Source: Acutalibacteraceae bacterium
GTDB lineage: Bacteria > Bacillota > Clostridia > Oscillospirales > Acutalibacteraceae
Reading direction: 5' to 3'
Assembly: GCA_045530855.1 (NCBI GenBank)
Contig: JAZSCV010000005.1
Location: 3,087-67,086, forward strand
Length of the DNA: 64,000 nt
Of this stretch, positions 59,360-64,000 are shown piece by piece (the stretch's first letter is position 1; every line of letters starts with the position of its first letter). Under the pieces are notes generated by a model that worked only from the letters and a program-made list of their open reading frames with translations, did no database searches and was not told the origin of the DNA. Made by a program: the position numbers and the translations under genes.

Positions 59360-61726
59360 ATGGAAATTGTAAATAAAATCCTTTATAAACTTCACCTGAA
59401 AAAGCCACCACGCCCCTCGTACACACCGGGTGAGCTTTTACCTAAACCGATAAAAGAGGTTTTAGAAGAAAACAAGCTTAATACAGACTCAATAATCTAT
59501 TCCTTCAAATCAGATATGAGTGATGCAGAAGAATATGGTGATTTATATGTTTTCTTTGATGAAAAAGGTGTCTACACTGCTTCATTTGAAGAAGAAGTAA
59601 AGCCTAAAAAAGGTAAAAAGAAGTTGGAATTTAAGCCAAAACTTCTTAAGCTTACATGTATTCCAATTGATGATATAGACGAAATTTTTGCAGAGCAATA
59701 TCTTGCTACGGGTCAGTTAACCTACAAATTCGACAACGAATATTACCCTTTGGCATATTTCTCAATCGGTGGTCTCGAAAAAGCAGATAACTTCAAAAAA
59801 ATCTTCAACACCTTCAAGCAAGGCAAGGATTACAAGCAATACCTTAATAATGCCACAGGCAATAATTGCCGCACATGTGGCAAGCCAATCCCACGCGGAT
59901 TGAAATATTGTGAAAGCTGTGTAGATAAAAAATCCACAATTAAGAGATTGTTTTCCTTCTTCAGCGACGTTAAGTGGAAAATGATTTTCATAATTTTCTC
60001 GGTGCTTATAAGCTCAGCTATATCCCTTATAATTCCAAAATTCAGCACTCAAAAGCTTTATGATGAGGTTTTGAATCCCGGAAACACAGCAAGCTACGAG
60101 GTACTTTTCGACAGTCTTATATCAATAGTACTTACAATGGCTGCCCTAAAAATCACCCATCAGCTTTTCACATTATTTTACCAGTATATTGTTGCAGGTA
60201 TGCTCCCCGAAGTAATTTACAGCATCAAGCTTAAAATCTTCAAGGCAATGCAAGGTCTTTCTGTAGGCTTTTACACGCATAAGCAAACAGGCTCTCTTAT
60301 GGAAAGAATCACAAGAGACTCTAATAATATCTATTGGTTTTTTGTTGACGGATTTCCCTACCTTATATCAAGCTTGATAACTGTAATAGGCATTATAGTT
60401 ATAATGCTTTTCACAAGTGTAAAGCTTACTCTTATGGTGATGAGTGGTGCACTTATAGTTTTCATCGTTTACCCTATCGTAAAAAGAAAATTCAGAAAAA
60501 TTCACCATAAAGTATGGGTTCAGATGGCTCAGCTCACTTCTAAAACAAGTGACAATATAAACGGCCACAGAATTATAAAGGCATTTTCAAAAGAAGATGA
60601 GGAATTAAAGGATTTCAAAAAAACAAGCCAAAAGCTTTTAGAGTCAGAAATCCGTTGGTACAATGCAGAGTCAACCTTCTACCCTATTCTCGCCGTAGTA
60701 GTTTACTTGCTTGGTGCAATTGTTTTAGGTGTAGGCGGTGTACTTGCAATAACTACAAACGAAATTTCCGTAGGTGAGCTTTTAACCTTCATTGTTTATC
60801 TGCAGATGCTCGAGCAACCTATCAGCTTTTTATCATGGGTTACAAACTGGTGGGCGCGTTGTGTAGACTCTGCTCAACGAGTTTTTGAAATTATGGACAC
60901 AGAGCCCGATATAAAAGATAAAGAAAACCCAATTATATTAGAGAACTTCAAGGGTTCGGTTGAAATTAAGGAAATACAATTCGAATACGAGCCTGCACAT
61001 CCTATAATCAAAAACCTTTCTTTAAAGGTGGACGCAGGTGAAATGCTTGGTATTGTTGGTAAAACAGGTGCCGGCAAAACAACAATTTCAAACCTTATTG
61101 CCCGTCTTTATGACCCTAAAGAGGGCGTTGTAATGATAGACGGGTACGATATAAAAGACCTTCAACAGAAGCAGATAAGGCAAAATATCGGTATTGTTTC
61201 ACAGGATATTTTCTTGTTTATGGGAACAATTGCAGATAATATCCGTTACGCAAAGCCTGATGCTACAAACGACGAGGTTATTGCCGCCGCAAAGGCAGCA
61301 TCTGCCCACAGCTTTATTTCAAAGCTTCCCGATGGGTATGAAACATGGGTTGGTTCTGGCGGTCAGGATTTATCAGGCGGTGAACGCCAAAGAATATCTA
61401 TTGCAAGAACAATTATCCAAAACCCAAAAATTCTTATTCTTGACGAGGCAACTGCCGCAATGGATACAGAAACAGAAAGAAATATCCAGAACTCAATTGC
61501 CCGATTAAAATCAGGCAGAACAACTATAGCAATCGCCCACAGGCTTTCAACGCTTCGTGATGCAGACAAGCTTGCCGTAATTGATGATGGTAAATGCATT
61601 GAATTCGGCTCATACAAAGAGCTTATGGAGAAAAAAGGCGCTTATTACAAAATGTTCAAGCTTCAGGAAGAGGCTTTACGATTTATCGGCATAGGTGAAG
61701 AGCCTGAAGAAAAAACGGAGGACTAA
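59360..61726 (+). CDS. ABC exporter (TMD-NBD half transporter) with ~200-aa cytosolic N-terminal domain and zinc ribbon
   Basis: 788 aa. CRTCGKPIPRGLKYCESC, six TM helices, Walker A GKTGAGKTT, signature LSGGERQR, Walker B ILILDEATAAMD. Confidence 0.85.
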   Translation: MEIVNKILYKLHLKKPPRPSYTPGELLPKPIKEVLEENKLNTDSIIYSFKSDMSDAEEYGDLYVFFDEKGVYTASFEEEVKPKKGKKKLEFKPKLLKLTCIPIDDIDEIFAEQYLATGQLTYKFDNEYYPLAYFSIGGLEKADNFKKIFNTFKQGKDYKQYLNNATGNNCRTCGKPIPRGLKYCESCVDKKSTIKRLFSFFSDVKWKMIFIIFSVLISSAISLIIPKFSTQKLYDEVLNPGNTASYEVLFDSLISIVLTMAALKITHQLFTLFYQYIVAGMLPEVIYSIKLKIFKAMQGLSVGFYTHKQTGSLMERITRDSNNIYWFFVDGFPYLISSLITVIGIIVIMLFTSVKLTLMVMSGALIVFIVYPIVKRKFRKIHHKVWVQMAQLTSKTSDNINGHRIIKAFSKEDEELKDFKKTSQKLLESEIRWYNAESTFYPILAVVVYLLGAIVLGVGGVLAITTNEISVGELLTFIVYLQMLEQPISFLSWVTNWWARCVDSAQRVFEIMDTEPDIKDKENPIILENFKGSVEIKEIQFEYEPAHPIIKNLSLKVDAGEMLGIVGKTGAGKTTISNLIARLYDPKEGVVMIDGYDIKDLQQKQIRQNIGIVSQDIFLFMGTIADNIRYAKPDATNDEVIAAAKAASAHSFISKLPDGYETWVGSGGQDLSGGERQRISIARTIIQNPKILILDEATAAMDTETERNIQNSIARLKSGRTTIAIAHRLSTLRDADKLAVIDDGKCIEFGSYKELMEKKGAYYKMFKLQEEALRFIGIGEEPEEKTED

Positions 61727-61730
61727 TACA

Positions 61731-62234
61731 ATGAATCAGAACAAGCTTTCTCTCGAATTTTTAAAACCCGAAGATTGCACCTTCTCCTTCAATAAAAACA
61801 ATTTCCTTGTTATGACATTATGTGGAGAGGCTAAAGGCAGAGTAAAGCTCATAAGAACTTACCCCTACACCCTTACAGAAGAATACATTTGTGTACACGA
61901 CCTTGAAGATAACGAAATAGGCATATTAAAAAACTTATCCGATTTAGATGCTTCATCAAAGGAATGTTGTGTAAAAGAATTGGAAAACCGCTATTACTGC
62001 CCAACTATTACTGCTGTTAAAAGCATAAAGGAACGAATGGGTCACTTTTACTTTGAAACTGTTGTTGACGGCAAGCCAAAGAAATTCACAGTAAGAGATG
62101 TTACCCGTAACCTTCGTTACTCAACCGAAAACACACTTTTAATATTCGATATGGACGGAAACAGATATGTTATTCCGGATTACGAAAGCATAGAAGATAA
62201 AAGCAAACGACTTTTGGAGCCTTATTTGTATTAA
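61731..62234 (+). CDS. DUF1854-like protein between the two ABC genes
   Basis: I prefer the ATG at 61731 (GGAGG 9-10 nt upstream), giving 167 aa. Family call is from memory of the conserved ABC-DUF1854-ABC gene order. Confidence 0.55.
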   Translation: MNQNKLSLEFLKPEDCTFSFNKNNFLVMTLCGEAKGRVKLIRTYPYTLTEEYICVHDLEDNEIGILKNLSDLDASSKECCVKELENRYYCPTITAVKSIKERMGHFYFETVVDGKPKKFTVRDVTRNLRYSTENTLLIFDMDGNRYVIPDYESIEDKSKRLLEPYLY

Positions 62235-62236
62235 TT

Positions 62237-64000
62237 ATGGAAAAACTTATTTCTCACTTTGACATTTCTCCTCAGGGAGAATTTTGCGATGGTCATCTTT
62301 TGCTTGAAAACGGCACAATAACAGCTGAATTAGATGGCAAAAAAGAAAAATTTAATATTTCAGATATTGAAGAGGCTGTTCAATATACAGATATCGGTTG
62401 CGGAAAATTAGAGTTGAAGCCAAAGGGTGGTAGCCCTGACGGAAGCGACAACATTCCTGTATGCCGCTTTTCAATGAGCTATGTTACTGAAATAGGTGAA
62501 TTCTGCAAGGTTGTTAACCACTTTATTGAAACAGGCGAATTTCTTGAGATAAATGCCGAGGATTTACCGGTGTGTCCTAAATGCCACAGGCACTATCTTA
62601 AGGGAATGAATATGTGTATGTTCTGTGTAAAGAAAAGCTATGTATTCTCAAGAGCATTCCAATACTTCAAGCCCTACACAAAATCACTTATTTTAACAGG
62701 TCTCTTAATGGCATTGGCTCATTCTACAAATGCACTTATGCCGTACCTTAATTCTCTGCTTATAGATAACTACCTTGTGCCAACACCGGATGCAACACCT
62801 TTGTTTGACTCCCGTATTGCGGGTATTGTTGCAATTGCATCCACAATGGTTGTTTTCTATATACTTTCCAGGATGGTTGTTATTTTCAGTAACCGTGTTG
62901 CTAATAAGATTGGTGCATATTATTACAGAGATTTAAGAGAGCTTCTGTATGCTAAAATACAAGAGCTATCCCTTACAACTATGTCAAGAAGACCTGCAGG
63001 TAACCTTATACACCGCGTTACGTCAGATACAGAAAGGGTCAAACTCTTTTTCAACGAGCAGGGCCGATATCTCATTGAGCAGATAATTGTATTTACAGTT
63101 ATTTTGATCATCTTATTTAAAACAAGCCCCATTCTTACTCTTGTTGTTTTAATCCCAATCCCCTTTGGTGTGCTTATGATAAGGCGCTTTTCCCACGCTA
63201 CCCATGTAAGGTACCATAAGCAATGGCGCACAAACTCAAAAGCTACATCTATACTCCATGATATTATAAAGGGTATCAAGGTTGTAAAATCCTTTGGTAA
63301 CGAAGAAGGAGAAATCAAAAAATTCTCCGACATTTCAAGAAAGCTTGCAGATATTTCCGCATCTAACGAAAAATATTGGGCTCTTACCTTCCCTCTTGTA
63401 GGTAATTTTATGGCATTAGGTGAATTCCTTGTGCTTATGATTGGTGGTAAAATGGTCCTTGACGGCACGTTGACATTAGGTGAACTTACACGTTTTAATC
63501 TTTACCTTGTATATCTTTACGCACCTCTTCGTTGGATGTCTATGTTCCCAAGAAGAATTGCAGACTGTACCACAAGCCTTGTAAAGATTTATGAGATTTT
63601 AGACGAAGAACCAAATGCCTCTACAACACAGACCGAAATAGACTTCGATGCCTCTGAAGATATCGTATTCGACAATGTAACATTCGGATACAAGTCTTAC
63701 GAGCCTGTGCTTAAAAATGTAAGCTTCCAAATAAAATCAGGTGAAATGGTTGGTCTTGTAGGTCATTCCGGTGCAGGTAAATCAACAATCATAAACCTTT
63801 GTATGAGGCTTTATGACCCGGGTTTAGGTAAAATAACAATCGGCGGAGTTGATATTAAAGATATTTCGCAAAAAACACTCCGTGATAATATCGGTGTTGT
63901 TTTCCAGGAAACATACCTTTTCTCAGGCTCTATTTATGAAAACATTGCATATGCAAAGCCAAATGCTTCGCCTGATGAGATTATTTCTGCCGCAAAGGCG
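62237..64000 (+). CDS. Second ABC exporter half transporter with N-terminal cytosolic domain and zinc ribbon (3' end beyond window)
   Basis: Manual translation from the ATG at 62237 gives MEKLISHFDISPQGEF...CPKCHRHYLKGMNMCMFC, a TMD, then Walker A GHSGAGKST at about 63761. It is not in the track because the frame is open at the window edge. Confidence 0.8.
   Translation, partial: MEKLISHFDISPQGEFCDGHLLLENGTITAELDGKKEKFNISDIEEAVQYTDIGCGKLELKPKGGSPDGSDNIPVCRFSMSYVTEIGEFCKVVNHFIETGEFLEINAEDLPVCPKCHRHYLKGMNMCMFCVKKSYVFSRAFQYFKPYTKSLILTGLLMALAHSTNALMPYLNSLLIDNYLVPTPDATPLFDSRIAGIVAIASTMVVFYILSRMVVIFSNRVANKIGAYYYRDLRELLYAKIQELSLTTMSRRPAGNLIHRVTSDTERVKLFFNEQGRYLIEQIIVFTVILIILFKTSPILTLVVLIPIPFGVLMIRRFSHATHVRYHKQWRTNSKATSILHDIIKGIKVVKSFGNEEGEIKKFSDISRKLADISASNEKYWALTFPLVGNFMALGEFLVLMIGGKMVLDGTLTLGELTRFNLYLVYLYAPLRWMSMFPRRIADCTTSLVKIYEILDEEPNASTTQTEIDFDASEDIVFDNVTFGYKSYEPVLKNVSFQIKSGEMVGLVGHSGAGKSTIINLCMRLYDPGLGKITIGGVDIKDISQKTLRDNIGVVFQETYLFSGSIYENIAYAKPNASPDEIISAAKA

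Noticed and set aside
62923-63468. Track ORF of 181 aa on the minus strand.
   Set aside because: It lies entirely antisense to the transmembrane domain of the second ABC exporter, whose plus-strand frame continues into clear Walker A and TMD motifs.

Overview
Low-GC Firmicutes (Clostridia) chromosome segment. The spoIIGA-sigE operon marks a spore-former, and two dockerin-bearing proteins point to a Ruminococcus/Oscillospiraceae-like organism (inference). Most of the window is housekeeping and glycan-foraging genes: mltG, tmk, trxA, panE, tRNA-Ser, GH2 beta-galactosidase with a GPH symporter, GH38 alpha-mannosidase, guaB-family, nagA, nanA, an amino-acid ABC transporter and an ABC-DUF1854-ABC exporter set. 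Two accessory regions stand out. (1) About 23.1-26.9 kb is an AT-rich island. Four small same-strand orphan ORFs are each separated by a conserved 121-122 bp structured repeat, and the array is bracketed by a perfect 19-bp inverted repeat. No recombinase is visible. It looks like a cassette array or MITE-rich island and is the best candidate for something undescribed. (2) About 40.7-54.7 kb is a compact (~14 kb) podovirus-like module on one strand: head, packaging, tail and lysis genes, including a phage-borne Prp protease and matching LNLQLF cleavage motifs. Control appears to come from an XRE repressor, a frameshifted ImmA-like gene and face-to-face near-consensus promoters. It has no integrase, replication or recombination genes, so it is a defective prophage or a GTA-like element. 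I recognised no rRNA genes, CRISPR arrays, transposases or integrases. All calls rest on manual motif recognition; no database search was possible.
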